From: the human T2T-CHM13v2.0 reference genome, Homo sapiens | Direction: 5' to 3' (one strand) | DNA length: 64,000 nucleotides | Assembly: GCF_009914755.1 (NCBI RefSeq) | Contig: NC_060938.1 | Shown: positions 1 to 14,810 of the stretch, in pieces | How positions within the stretch are numbered: position 1 is the first letter of the stretch | How the letters are laid out: each line of letters starts with the position of its first letter | Notes under the pieces: generated by a model | Databases searched by the model: none | Told to the model about the DNA's origin: nothing | What the model saw: the letters and a program-made list of their open reading frames with translations, nothing else | Made by a program: the position numbers and the translations under genes

Positions 1-2008
1 GAAATTTAACTACCTTCTTGATATTTCATTGCTCCTTAGTTCCTCCAGAAAAGAGAGTAGAAAAAACAAAAGGGGTGATAATATGATTTTTCACTGACTT
101 TTTAAAGCAATGGGATGTTTATTTTATTAAAGACTTTTGATACATACTAATGGCTTTAAGCATGGTAATGAATATAATGCATTTTAAATCTTCCTTACTC
201 TTCTGCCTGCCTTCATCTTGGACAGAATGATTTTTACCCTAATTAGGGAACATGAGGTGATAGAGAAAGCTACAAAGTGTCACTTGCTCATATATAAAGG
301 CTGGATGCATGAGAAGCCCCCCATTTTTTATAAAATGTATTCAGTCTGTGGTCTAATCTATGTCTCAGCAGTTAGCAGAAAGTGTCTCTGATTTGGGCCC
401 TAAGAAAGACACTGGAAAAAATCCCAAACTTCACTCTCCTAGGATCTTGCAACCAAAGCTGACTATTGGTGGCTACACTGTGTACTAATGGGGTTAGTGC
501 TACATGCAAATTATGTGGAAAAATAAAGCAAGATGACTCCACAGATTTTTACCCATAACCACAGCTACATCTGCATGGGACAAGGCAAGCCTGCCATGCC
601 ACCCACCCCCATCTCAGGCCTAAGAGTGATGGAGATGTGTTCAGATGAGAGTCTGTGACTCAGCCTGCCATACCTTCCTCTCCAAGTTCTATTCAACATG
701 GAAACCAACTGAGGCCAGGGACTTAGGTGTCAGCTCCCTAGTTCAGTGTCAACTTAGAACCAAGCAGCAAAAAGGGTGGGTAGCTCGACGGAGAGATGGA
801 GTAGCAGATGGAGCTATTTTATTCCTTAATTAACATAACAGCTGTAAGCAATCTCTCCCCACCCCCATAATCTTACCAACAACACTGAGGGGTTCTACCT
901 GTGTTTATTGGCTGTTTGTGCTGTGTGTTTCCAATAATTGACAACATATGTGATTTTGTTATTCTACACTGAGCTTGCTTCGTCTGCATATTCATTAAAA
1001 AAGAATTTTTAAAATCTTTGTCAGATGTTCTACATCTGAATCATCTTCTAGTATTAAACCACAGCCAAGAACTTTTATATCTTTTATCACATTAATATAA
1101 AGATTCATGGAAATTTGGGGACTTGGTGGTTGAGAATTTTTCTAGTTTCTCCAATTTGTTTACTTTTTAAAGGCAAGCTGTAAATATTGGTGATAACGAT
1201 GTGCTGAATGGAATTATATTTCTATATCCACTTCAGAAAGATTAGACTAATCCAGGAGCCAGAAATCAGTGCAATTACAAACTATCCAATTCTTGGTTGG
1301 AGTTTTGAAGCAAAGTTTTTAAAGAGTAGTTTGTGGTTTAAGTTGCATATTCCCTCTGTAGTTTACTTTGAGCTATTTGAAATGCAGAAGTACATATGTG
1401 TAAGATCATCCGTTATATCACACATAATATATAAAATGCAGATAACTGTGTAAGGCAGCTCACCAAATGGTACTTGGCATGCAATAAGCATTAAATGAAT
1501 ATGAATGAATAAACTAAAGAAAACGTGCTGTCCCTAACAGGGTCGTATCTGATTCCTGTGGCCAAGGAAGTGCAAGAGTCTGTGGGAGGTAATACCAAAT
1601 GTTGCCAAATATGGCCTGGGGAAACAGATCACCAAGATGGACAGTATACTACGATATGTTGAAAATGGTGAAAATATGCTTTATTTACTTGAAAAAAATC
1701 TTATAAATCAGCTGAAATCGGCCACAGAAATATTTCTTGTGTGGATTTTAGCTTTTCCTCTACAAACTCTAAGCTGTAGAATCGAGCCACTCCAGTCTCT
1801 GTTGGGGATAGTCAGGGAGGCTGACTGGCTGGTGTTGAATTTGGTCCCAAGAGCTTCTTCATCATCCTCCTTCAGCTTGAATATCAGTAAGGCAAAAATA
1901 AGCTACATGTAATGTGGGCATCAGGAAGGTGAAAGAGTGGTTTACAATTGCAGACAGCAGTCTCCAGACATTAAAAGATGAGGGAAGGGTGTAGGAATGG
2001 TGGACTCC

Positions 2009-2009
<1 letters not shown>

Positions 2010-2059
<50 letters not shown>
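2010..2059 (+). repeat. Pure poly(A) run, 50 nt, not attached to a recognisable retroelement
   Basis: Uninterrupted A run between ggactccc and ttctcccc; no Alu or L1 body upstream. Confidence 0.95.
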
Positions 2060-2061
<2 letters not shown>

Positions 2062-2159
2062 CTCCCCCTGCAAGGAACCATGTAAGGCAATCAAAAGACA
2101 TAACAATAACCAACATCCACGCAACTCCTGCCAGGTGCCAAACGCTGGATGACCTCACT

Positions 2160-2300
2160 ATCCTCATGGAAAAGGAGGTGGTAAGTACTGCTCATATCTT
2201 CTTCATTTTCCTTTTGAGGGAACCAAGACACAGAACGATAAAGTAACTTGCTTAGGTTACACCATTAGTGAGAGGCACAGCTCGGTTTCAAACCCAAACT
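2160..2300 (-). mobile_element. MIR fragment
   Basis: Degenerate match to the reverse MIR core (aagtaacttgcttaggttacac...ggtttcaaaccca); boundaries approximate. Confidence 0.6.
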
Positions 2301-2302
2301 GA

Positions 2303-2727
<425 letters not shown>

Positions 2728-3212
2728 CGCTCCAAGTACTTCTACACATAGCATAGGGTTCCCCTACAACTAACCACGCCGGCGACCTTGAGAAAATCCC
2801 AGACCCTTGAAAATCCAGGGCAGCCACTCCATGGTCCCTGCTCTCCCTGCATGAATCATTTGCATCTCCAGACCATGTTCCTTTCTGACCCCTAATGTTT
2901 GTCAGCCTCTCACCCCTGCGCACACCAGGGTGCCCCTTCCTTCCTGCACTGCCTTCTTCCTTGTTCTTCAGCTGTCAGATTGACTCCTCCTTTAAGAGCC
3001 ATAAAGTTTGTCATGGCCAGTCCAATGCCAGGGATTATAATGCTGTACACATTCATCCACTCAGTCAACAAACATTTATCAATGTGCTTTCAGCATCAAG
3101 TTACAGAAAATCCATCATAAACTGGATTTAGTAACAATGGAATAGTTGGTTCGCATTCCTGGAAGTCACAGCAGGAGACCAGTGTTTAGGTTGCTTAGAC
3201 TGGAAGCTTTAG

Positions 3213-3543
<331 letters not shown>

Positions 3544-3799
3544 GTGCAAATTCTTTTAAAAAGTTGTTTTTTTTTGTCAATGAATTTGTGACTCTACCCT
3601 CCTCTGCATGTTGACTTCATCCTCACTTTGTAGAAAGATGGAATAAAGAGAGTCGGTTCTGGAAGCAGAAGTCAGAACTTTCTCAGGAGTCCCTAGCAGC
3701 TTCTCATTGGTCTGATTGAGTGGCATGCCTGTCCTGGACCAATCACCAGCAAGTGGGATGAAATTACCCCTGGTGCTATCATTCCCACACTTGGAGCCA

Positions 3800-4563
3800 G
3801 GGTTGTGGTTGGCATATATAAGGGAACTTAATTCCTATGTGAATCTGTGAAATAAAGTAATTCATAGTTTGTAGCTCATAAATGCACAGTATTTCATTCT
3901 TACCAAGCAGGGAAATACTGCACACAACTAATTCAACAATTTTTATTTCATTTCTTGATATGTGCACATTCTGCTAACACTCTCTACATTGCTACTCATT
4001 GTGATTAAGGAAGGACCTAAGGAAATAAAAGAACCATGGGTTGCCTTATCTTTCCCTTCCATCATTTTCAGAATAAGTGTTTGACTAACACAAAGGTGTA
4101 ACATGAGTAAGAAAGGCTGTGAAAAGCTTCCTTGATCATTTGTGTTTCTTAGAATACCACTGCCTTCTTTCTGTGTCCAAGCAAGTTATGACTGGAATGG
4201 AAAGTATAGCCACCCGGGGCTGTCAGTACCCCTACCTACTCAATTGCAGACATGTTGATACAGAACATGATCATCGAATTCCAGTGAAGCCACAGTGATG
4301 GGAGTCCAGCAAGAGTAAAAGCAAGTAGAAGGTAAGTATGTTACGGAGGTAGCAAATGGGATGGCTAAGATAGCAGATGTGCATATTATGTTTATCTTAC
4401 CTGCTCACTGTGTGCTGTGTTGTCCCAGCAGACTTTACTTGCAAACCAGAAGTTCTAAGATAAAATTATTAAGCATTTCAAGATGGTAATAGCAGAGCAT
4501 TTCCCCAAGCACAGGACCCTTCTGAGCATGTGGCCCTGTCACCTGTCCATGAAGCCAGCCCTG
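3800..4563. mobile_element. MER45-family (hAT-Tip100) DNA transposon fossil
   Basis: Terminus ...ggacccttctgagcatgtggccctg...ccatgaagccagccctg resembles the MER45 end; left boundary approximate. Confidence 0.6.
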
Positions 4564-4800
4564 GATGAGTAATTACCTAGACAAAACTAGGGTTCTGTTA
4601 GAAAGGAGGGGATGGAGGTTGAATTCCCAGTCAACCTTGTCCTGCATTGGCATTGACTTCATTTTTTAGATGAGGGATCAGGGGCTCAAAAATGTCTGTC
4701 TAGTTGTTGTAAAGCTGATATTCAAACCTAGATCAGTCTATGAAACAAGTACATGTCCACTACACTCTTCCTTTTCTCGTATTGATAACCTGTAACATGG

Positions 4801-5223
4801 TATATTAGTCTGTTCTGCATTGCTATAAAGAAATACCTGAGATTGGGTAATTTATTTTAAAAAGAGGTTTAATTGGCTCATGGTTCAGCAGGCTGTACAG
4901 GAAGCATGATACTGGCATCGGCTCAGCTTCTGGGGAGGCCTTAGGAAACTTAAAATCATGACGAAGGTGAAGGGGGAGGCAGCATGTCACATAGCTGGAG
5001 CAGCAAGAGAGAGCAGTGGGGAGGTGCCACACACTTTTAAACTACCAGATCTCACAAGAATTCACTCACCGTCACAAGGACGGCACCAAGGGGGATGGTG
5101 CTAAACCATTCATGAGAAACCCACCCCCGAGATCCAGTCACCTTCCACCATGTCCCACCTCCAACACTGGGGATTACAATTCAACGTGAGATTTGGGCAG
5201 GGACACAGATCCAAACTGTATCA
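4801..5223 (-). mobile_element. MSTA/MSTB solo LTR (ERVL-MaLR)
   Basis: tatattagtctgttctgcattgctataaagaaatacctgag...cagatccaaactgtatca; perfect 5-bp TSD catgg at 4796-4800 and 5224-5228. Confidence 0.9.
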
Positions 5224-6123
5224 CATGGGAATCAGTTTTACGTCTGGATTTGTGTGTTCCAGTGGATTGTCACTAAGTAGAAATCTATGCTCCTGGATCC
5301 CTCACAGAAATCAATTGGAATTCTGTGTAAACAAAAATACTTCCTAATGAATTCTAGGGAGAACCATTTATGTGGGTTTACGTATTCAATTTGTTATCAC
5401 TGCTCCTAATGCTAGGAGGTGTGCGTAAAAGGAAGAAGGATTCCAATATTACATTAAGGGAAGCCGTAAAAGTCCCTTAAAGGGAAGCGAGATACCAACG
5501 GTTTGAATTGCTTAGTCTCATTTTTGAAACAGGCCCCCTTTTTAAATGTCTGGGCCTTGAAGCTGGAGATTCCGCTTCTGCTTCTCTGGGCTGGTGTTTC
5601 ACAGGGCACTGTTGTAGAGATGTATTTCAGAGAATGACATTCAGATATTGGGAAGTAAATGATGAATGAGCAGACATTATTTGGGCAATGCAGTTTTCAG
5701 ACAGAGGCTGCAAGAGAATATATTTTCGGGTGCTTCTGTTGGTATTTAACTTGCAGACTGTATATACAGTAAATCAGGAGGGCCAATAATACAGTACATA
5801 GGGAGATGTTTTATGTAGGGTTCTGACAATGTACAACAGCTGCCCTAGCAGAAGGGGTATGGATTTATGGACACGCTTGCAGGTGATGACAGCCAATATG
5901 TAGCAAGGTTCTCTATCGATACCTGGAAGTATTTATTTTTTTGGTTCATCCTGAGGTAAAGGAAAAATGAAAGGCAACTATGGATCTTTTGACACCAGAT
6001 ATGCAAGCTGCGTAGCAATTGCATAGCTTTTAAAGGATGGAGAAAGAGCTTAATATAACACACTCGCTCGGAGTCCTTTTTAAGACTCAGTTTCTTGGTG
6101 TCAGTACCATCCAGAAAAGGTCC

Positions 6124-6150
6124 TTTTTTTTTTTTTTTTTTTTTTTTTTT
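6124..6150 (+). repeat. Poly(T) run, 27 nt, orphan
   Basis: Direct count; no Alu body follows. Confidence 0.9.
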
Positions 6151-6186
6151 GCATCCCTGATGGTTCTCTCATTTTATCTGTGGGGT

Positions 6187-6455
6187 GGGGCCAACTTATC
6201 CCATAGGCACAGCAGGCGCAGCGGCTGAGCCCACACCACTTTCAGGGGGCCACAGAAAATGTTTCAATTTTAGCTTCTTTTAAAATCAGAAGAAAAATGA
6301 ATATAATAATAACAAATATATAGTGATTGGTCCAGCATAGATTATACTTGTCTTTACACCAATGAAGTCATAAAATATTTTAATTATTTTTTTAAATGCA
6401 GGAAGAAGCCCAGAAAAACCAAAGCGCCTAAGGCCCATGAAAGCTGTAATGACTC
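6187..6455. mobile_element. Short non-autonomous hAT-Tip100-type element (ORSL-like)
   Basis: cccataggcacagcaggcgcag...ggggccacagaaaatgttt...ttttaaaatcagaagaaaaatgaa...gcctaaggcccatgaaag, recalled as ORSL-like; ends approximate. Confidence 0.5.
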
Positions 6456-6729
6456 CTTACCATGAAGGTGAGCCAGGCTTAAAATCTCGCTTTTTCCCAT
6501 ATCCCCAGGCAGGCACCAGAGACTGCCCGTGGCATTGGGCATTTGATGAGGGCGAGCTGTTTCTGGTCTCGAACTCTCTCTGAAGAAACTCAGCTAGGGA
6601 TTGGGGCCTGTCCATGAACCAGGCTCCCTCAGCCCATCCAGAAGCCACTCCCACAACCTTGACTCGATTTTCTCCCTACCTCACCCCAGAGCTGAGACAC
6701 TTTCATGACTCCTCTGAGCATCTCTCCAG

Positions 6730-7445
<716 letters not shown>

Positions 7446-8129
7446 TTGGGGGCCAGGGAGGTGTGGGGCAATAGAACTCCTAAAATCAGTTCACGAAGAT
7501 GCTGTGATCTCAGTGTGGGTTTGGAGTGTGAGCCCCTTCTGCCTGATGTTCCAAAGCAACTCAGCGTGAGTGAGGCCTCTGCACCTCTCTCAGTTCACTC
7601 TTCTCCATCCCAAGGGAGGTGTGTGCCCCCTCACTTCCAGGAGTGTAATCAGGGATTCTCGTGCCCAGTGCCAGGTAGGGGGGAAGGGAAAAGAGACAGG
7701 GGTCTCCATCACCTCCTGTATAACCTCAACGCCTACTCAGCAGGAAGTGGGTAAAGAGTGGACAGAGGAGTTGAGGTGAAACAGAAGGTCGCCAGATGTG
7801 GGAACAGAGGAGGAGGTAGCTGACAGGTAGGACCAGAACCAGCCAGCTTTATCTGATTGTCTCGATGTCAATTTCACACTACTCTTTTCATGAGCAGGGT
7901 GGAGGATCCAACCCAGGCCAGGGTCAGGAGCATAGATGCTGAGTCTGAAGAGCGGGTGTGGGTGTCGGGAGGCAGGGGGGTTTGTAGGGCTGGCATGGAG
8001 CCCAGGACACATGTGGGAAGCACTGAACAGTTCAGCACAGCAGCTGTAGGCATTAGCCAGTTTAGTTAATCAGCAGTGCAAGCCCCCAAGGCTCAAGTCC
8101 TCTTTGTACAAAGATGACAGTAAACAGGA

Positions 8130-8380
8130 GTGGGCGCAGTGGGAAAAGAATAGACTTGAGAGTTAACCAGACCTAAATTTAAATTCTAATTCTGAGTCCA
8201 CTTGGCTTTAGGCAAATCACCTTATCTTTCTGGCCCCAAGTTCCCACATCTTTTAAATATAAAATGGGAATAATAATAATAATAATACTTACCTTATAAG
8301 GTTGTTGTGAGGGCTAGATGTACTTATATGAAAGAGAGAGTCCTGGCAGGTGGTAGGTGATGAATAAATGGTAGCCAGTA
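8130..8380 (+). mobile_element. MIR fragment
   Basis: ggcaaatcacctta...aaaatgggaataataat...taccttataaggttgttgtgaggg matches the MIR core and 3' part. Confidence 0.7.
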
Positions 8381-8644
8381 ATGGTGGTGAGAGAATCTTG
8401 TACTAACTAAATAGTATCACTCACACTATGTGCTTGAAGTCGAAACCAAGGCTTAAACTTCCAGGAGTGGTTCTTTAGTTGTGGGCTTAAAATGTACACA
8501 CAGGGTCTCACATATTGTCCCTGGGTTAAAATTTTTGTAAAATAAGTGTCATTTTTCTCTCTATGGGACACAGATAGAAGTGGTCAGGATGTTACAGGGA
8601 AGTGTATTCTTTCCTATTATCAAAGGGGTGATAATGCCCAGTTA

Positions 8645-9430
<786 letters not shown>

Positions 9431-10583
9431 TGCTGCTGCCTCATATTCTATATGCCTTGTACACTGTAACTCCACTGAAGTGCTGGTGGTGGTGGCGTGT
9501 GTGTGTGAGAGGGAGAGAGAGAACTGGGGCATCGGGAGGCCCCTAGCCCTCACACCTACCAGCCCAGCCACTGTGCAGAATGCAGGGATGAGTTGTTTCA
9601 TTTCAGGTGTTCACTCTGCTTTTTGCAGAACATATTGTCCCTTGAAGGATATTAATACAGGAAATGAATAAAGAGTGGCTTCAAAACAAATTTGAGACCA
9701 GGACAGCTTCCATCTTATGTGTTTCAGATAAATAAGCCCTTACAGTAATCAACTCTTCAGGGCCAGACCTCTCTCCCTGGAATATGAAGTGCTCCAGCAC
9801 ACTGTAAACAACAGTGATGTGACTCATTTCCTGAACTGTGTCGTGGCCATCTGCTCAAATATCTGCCTTCCTTTTCCTGTATTCTAATGATACAGCAACT
9901 CTATGGACAATTATGTAGCCATTAAAAATGGCAATTTAAATTTTCAAAGTTAAAATGCATAACAATGTGGGGAAAATGCCTATAATACAATGTTAAGTGA
10001 AACAATTGCACACAAGAGGTGCATGTATGTAAAATGTGTATGCACGAGGCCAAGGCCTAGAAGGACATGGAAAAGGAAGCTTGTTTTCAAAAACTGGAGA
10101 CTTCTTTTTTAAAGTTTCACATATACTTTTAAAATTAGAAATAAAGCAAGACGCTTCGTTGTGCAATTTCACTGCCATCAACTACAAACATAATGTTTAC
10201 ATACCGACCCAGTTTTTTTGGAGCTGGGAGGATCTCTAAGATTGATAAAAAATAGTTATTAAAATGGCAGATTTTTCTGGATATGGGAAAACTTATCATA
10301 AGAGAAGTATGTCGTTTCCTTATCCTGTTTGAAATTTTTTAATGGTTGGAGAACTTGTGAGGAAGGAGATTAAGAATGAAACAGTAATCTTTTCTTTAAA
10401 ATGTTATCTCACACCAGATACAGAGAATAAATGAGCAGTTTCCAATCCTTTTTAGGAAGGAGGCAGGACATAAATAAACAAAATATGGACTACATGAAAT
10501 ATAACTTAAGCAATCTCCCTAGATACATTTTTCAATAAACCTAAAATCTATTAGGTATTTTTGTAGTTCTTCATTTCCTTTAC

Positions 10584-10756
10584 TCACTTAAAGTCTTACT
10601 TGTCCTTGTTGCCTTGTTCTGCCTTTATTTTACTCACTGAGTCATCTGTTGTCAGCTTTGGGTACTTGAGGCTTGCTGGAGTGAAAAGAATTTTTTATAA
10701 TTCAGCTCTGTTTACTAATACATCTTTTTTAAGGTAGATATTGCACGTAAAAAGTG
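10584..10756. repeat. Inverted repeat pair 1, right arm (probable donor)
   Basis: tcacttaaagtcttacttgtccttgttgc...gatattgcacgtaaaaagtg is the reverse complement of 9162-9332. Confidence 0.95.
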
Positions 10757-10929
10757 TTTTTTTTTTTTAAAAATCAGCCAATGCCCTTGTGAAGCTACTT
10801 CATTTGCTCTGTTGGTCCAGGTCAGCTAAGTTTCCCACACATCTTTAGTATTGATGCATCAAAGGACTTAGTGAAATTAATCAACTGCATTTTAGAATGA
10901 AGGCTTCATTCCACAGGATGTGTGGGCCG

Positions 10930-11071
10930 TTAACAAAAGTGAATTTTTCCCAACTCAAAACGGTATAGAAAGGAAAATGTAAATGAAATGACTTGGAGTA
11001 AGTTCAGTATAAGGCTAATTTTTCTTAAGGGTAAGCTTGTGGTTTAGGTTAGAACTCATCAAGTTAATTGT
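10930..11071. repeat. Inverted repeat pair 2, left arm (probable donor)
   Basis: Reverse complement aligns to 12291-12431 with about 25 substitutions and 1 gap over 142 nt (~82%), including the exact 19-mer atttacattttcctttcta. Confidence 0.93.
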
Positions 11072-11439
11072 CTTCTGATCCTTGAAAGTCAAATCCAGAC
11101 ATCTTCTTGATGATTCCTGTTACCAAAGTCTCTGGTACAAGTGATGTTTCCTGAGCCTTCTTAAAGACTCTGATGCTAAGGAGGTCCTTCGGGAACCCAG
11201 TGCTAATAACGTATGATACTGGAATAAAAAAGCAATGGAGTAAATGAACTTGCTGAGAAGGACCCCAGTGAACCATTGTTCCTGAATATAAAAACTAATT
11301 CCTGAAGATTGTGGCCAAAAAGTAGGTCCCAGTGGAAAAGAAGGAGAATCAGAGTTTGGAAATGTGATGAAATTTCCATTGGCATAGCAGAGAGTAGATC
11401 TTGTCACTAGTTGACATGTGCTGCTGCCAAGGTGTGGCC

Positions 11440-11705
11440 CTTGGGAGAGTACAGCTAATGGCCTCAGCGTCACCTGGAGGTCTGTTACAAATGCAGATAG
11501 ACCACGAAAGGATTTTTGTCTCTTCGTTCACTTCCATCACCCTAGTGCCTTTAACAATGTCTGCACATAATTGCTGGACGAATGAATTTCTTGAGCCCAA
11601 TCCCAAATCATTGAACTAAAATCTCTGGGGGCAGGTCCCAAGAATCTGTATTTTAACAGGATCCCCAGTTGGTCCTCAGGCATAGTTTAGTGTGAGAACC
11701 ATTGC
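11440..11705. mobile_element. MER5A/B (hAT-Charlie) with an L2 3'-end-like piece inside (~11505-11588)
   Basis: tcagcgtcacctggag...gttacaaatgcaga, then later aaaatctctggggg...aatctgtattttaacag...tgagaaccattg; the intervening part ends in gaatgaat like an L2 tail. Confidence 0.6.
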
Positions 11706-12216
11706 CCTCCTGTACATGGATACTGGCCAGTGTAGTACAGTGTTGATTCCCCTGAAAGCACCAAACTCTAGAAACCTGAAAATGAAGGAACAGCCGCACC
11801 TTGGTTTCTACTATGATTATGATGATGATTCTCTGGTATTGCATAAAACGTTTACACCCAATATATCCAGGGGTTAGGTTAGGCAGTTACACTTATTCCC
11901 ATTTCACAGTAGAAAAACTTGGACATATGCAAGGTCAGATAATTAACAAAAAAAGAATCAAAACCTACCCCACTAGACAAAGTTTAGGAGATGATGTGCT
12001 AAGCCTGAACTGGACAACGTGACATAATTAGCAAAGAGTGAAGGACAGCACTCCACTTGGGTCTATTATTGTTATGACCAAGGTCATTTTAAAGTATCAG
12101 AGCCACTCTCCAGGCGAGTTATAGGAAGAGGCCACAAAGAACCCGAAGAGATGGCGTCTTTCAACCACCTCTGTTACTCTGCCAGTGATCTGAGAACAAA
12201 AGGCCCTCTTGGGCTA

Positions 12217-12290
12217 AAAAGAACAAGTTACGGAGTCAGAAGCGGGTATTAGGGAAGGGAAAGTGAGCCAATCCCTGGGGCTCACCAGGA
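12217..12290. repeat. Inverted repeat pair 3 arm (diverged reverse complement of 12903-12977)
   Basis: gtgagcc-aatccctg matches GTGAGCCCAATCCCTG, with collinear, mostly transition-type similarity (~65-70%) over ~70 nt. Confidence 0.65.
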
Positions 12291-12431
12291 ACAATTAATT
12301 TGTTTAGTTCTAACTAACCCATGGGTTTACCTTGAATGAAAGTTAGCATTATATTGAACTTACTCCGAGTCATTTTATTTACATTTTCCTTTCTACATCA
12401 TTTCGAATTGGGAAAAATTAGATTTTGTTAA
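12291..12431. repeat. Inverted repeat pair 2, right arm
   Basis: acaattaatttg...gggaaaaattagattttgttaa; reverse complement of 10930-11071. Confidence 0.93.
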
Positions 12432-13395
12432 TTTTAGCTCCTTGGGCAAAAGGCACCGCATTCATTCCCAGCATTATCATTCCCAACACTTCGCATAGTA
12501 TTAGATCACTTTCCTATAATCACTTCATTCTCTTTTATGAGACTTGAGGTTTAATTGGAGGTTCCAATAAGAGACTTTATGTGTTTAATGGATTTTGGTA
12601 TAATAATCAGAGTCTGAAATGCTAGTCAGAAGGCCAGTTGACTTCTAATGAGGCTGCACTTGGGAGAAAAGGGTTTTAAAGATACTACAAGTCTATGCTG
12701 TAGAAGTAGACATGCAAATGTTTAGGGAAAGATGTAAAGTGTCTTGTTACTTCTAAATCACAGGCATGTGTACTCCAAAACCTATTGTTAGACTGGGTTA
12801 ACTGGTGAAAAACATTCAAATTGATGAGTGGGCAGTTCAACTTTTGAGAGGGACTCAGTGAAAATAGTAACGGGACACTCGGATGCATTCTCCTGTTGGC
12901 CACTTCTGGAGGCTTCAGGGATTGGGCTCACCCTCCTTTCGCTGGTAACCCCTCGTGACCCCTCGGCCTGGGCTTCTCTTCCTCCTGCACGCTCCCCTGC
13001 AGAGTGGAACACAGACTTTCCAGCCCTCCTAACTGCAACCCTTCCTTACCGTCTCCAAAACATGCACCTGCTCACTTCTTTTTAATTATTACTTAAGGAA
13101 TTTTTCAACTGGACACGCTAAGGAAAATGGGATTACAAAATAAACAAGAAATGAGGAAATTGAATATTATGGGAAATCTTATATTTATAGCTATATCAAA
13201 GCAATTTCCCTAGGAAATTTTATGGTATATTGCTGGCTAGGCATTTTCTTACTTTCCCATTACTCGTGGGAATATTTTAAACAGAAGACAAGCACTCTTA
13301 CCATGGAGCTATATTAAACTTAATATATTTAAATACTACATATTGCATATCTCAAATATTACGTGTTTTGCCTACACATGGAAACTAATTTTTAA

Positions 13396-13812
<417 letters not shown>

Positions 13813-13893
13813 CACGAGCTTTTGACCCTGGAACTGCATGGATAGTCTTTGCCTTTCACCAAAGTGTAAGTGATGCTAACCACACTCGGTGAT

Positions 13894-14810
13894 CAGTGGT
13901 TCTCAAATTGGAATGTGCATGACAGACAGCTAAGGCACACAGTAGGAATTTAGATTCTTGGTCACCAATCCTACAAATGGATTCAGCAGGCCTGAGAGGG
14001 GCTCAGGAACCTGAATCTGCATTTGTGCCCACCTCCTAACTCCTGGGTGATTCTAAGGACTACTCTTGAACTCTAGATCCTGCCTGGAGAAGCAGGGTGC
14101 CCTGCCCTATCTGCATTGGACACTTGGGGCCACAGCTGCTGCCCTGTGAGGTATGAATTAGTCTCTGGGTTACTCCCTGGGGCCCCATTTATTCCATAAC
14201 TGCTTGAATTCTCTGAAGTCAAGCTTTGAGCTTAAGGTTGAAGAATTCTTCCCTAAGTATAATCTCCAAAGCTTCCTCTCCATGAGCTGCAGGACATCCT
14301 GTATTAATTGGGAACATTAATTAAGCTCCTTTACTTATCCTGGAAGGTCTCTATTGTTTCAATAAGTTGTTCAATTTGCCAGCCACATTAGCTCATAATT
14401 TCAGGATATGGACTCAGTTTCTTCTTAATCTGTTGCTCTAGTGGTTCCCGAACTTAGATGGGGACAAGAATTACTGCAGAGCTTATTAAACAAAGGGTGC
14501 CAAGCTCACCCAAGGCTTACACAGCCAAAATCTCTGGTGTCTGTGCTAGAGATTTTGGGATTCTGTGTTTGACAAGCCCTACTGGGGTTCAGATACCAAA
14601 CATTTAGAATTGTTGCATAATCCAGTTATTCTCAAATGTCAGGATGTATCAGGATCACCAAGGGGACTTGTTTAACAACATCACTGGGCCCTACCTCTCA
14701 GGTGTCTGGTTCGGCAGATTTGGTTGGCGTCTGAGAGTTGACATTTCTATCAAGTTCCCAAGTGACATCGTTATTTGTGGACCAGGGCCTACACGTAGAG
14801 AACCACTGAC
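13894..14810. mobile_element. Cluster of three MER5A/B-like fragments (~13894-14060, ~14440-14600, ~14623-14810)
   Basis: cagtggttctcaaa-, tagtggttcccgaac- and cagttattctcaaa-type termini; the last ends gagaaccactg. Confidence 0.6.

Noticed and set aside
290-515. TATA-like tatataaag (~291) and octamer ATGCAAAT (504-511) as a promoter
   Set aside because: Isolated motifs in AT-rich DNA with no CpG island or downstream exon support.
12432-12470. Extension of pair 2 homology into the palindromic core
   Set aside because: Only scattered short matches (tcct, ttcattc) that need gaps; not distinguishable from chance.
12788-13012. 74-aa minus-strand ORF after a plausible acceptor, as a coding exon
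   Set aside because: No recognisable homology. The nearest upstream donor (ACG|gtaagg at 13049) would give only a 53-nt intron. Kept only as a candidate noncoding exon.
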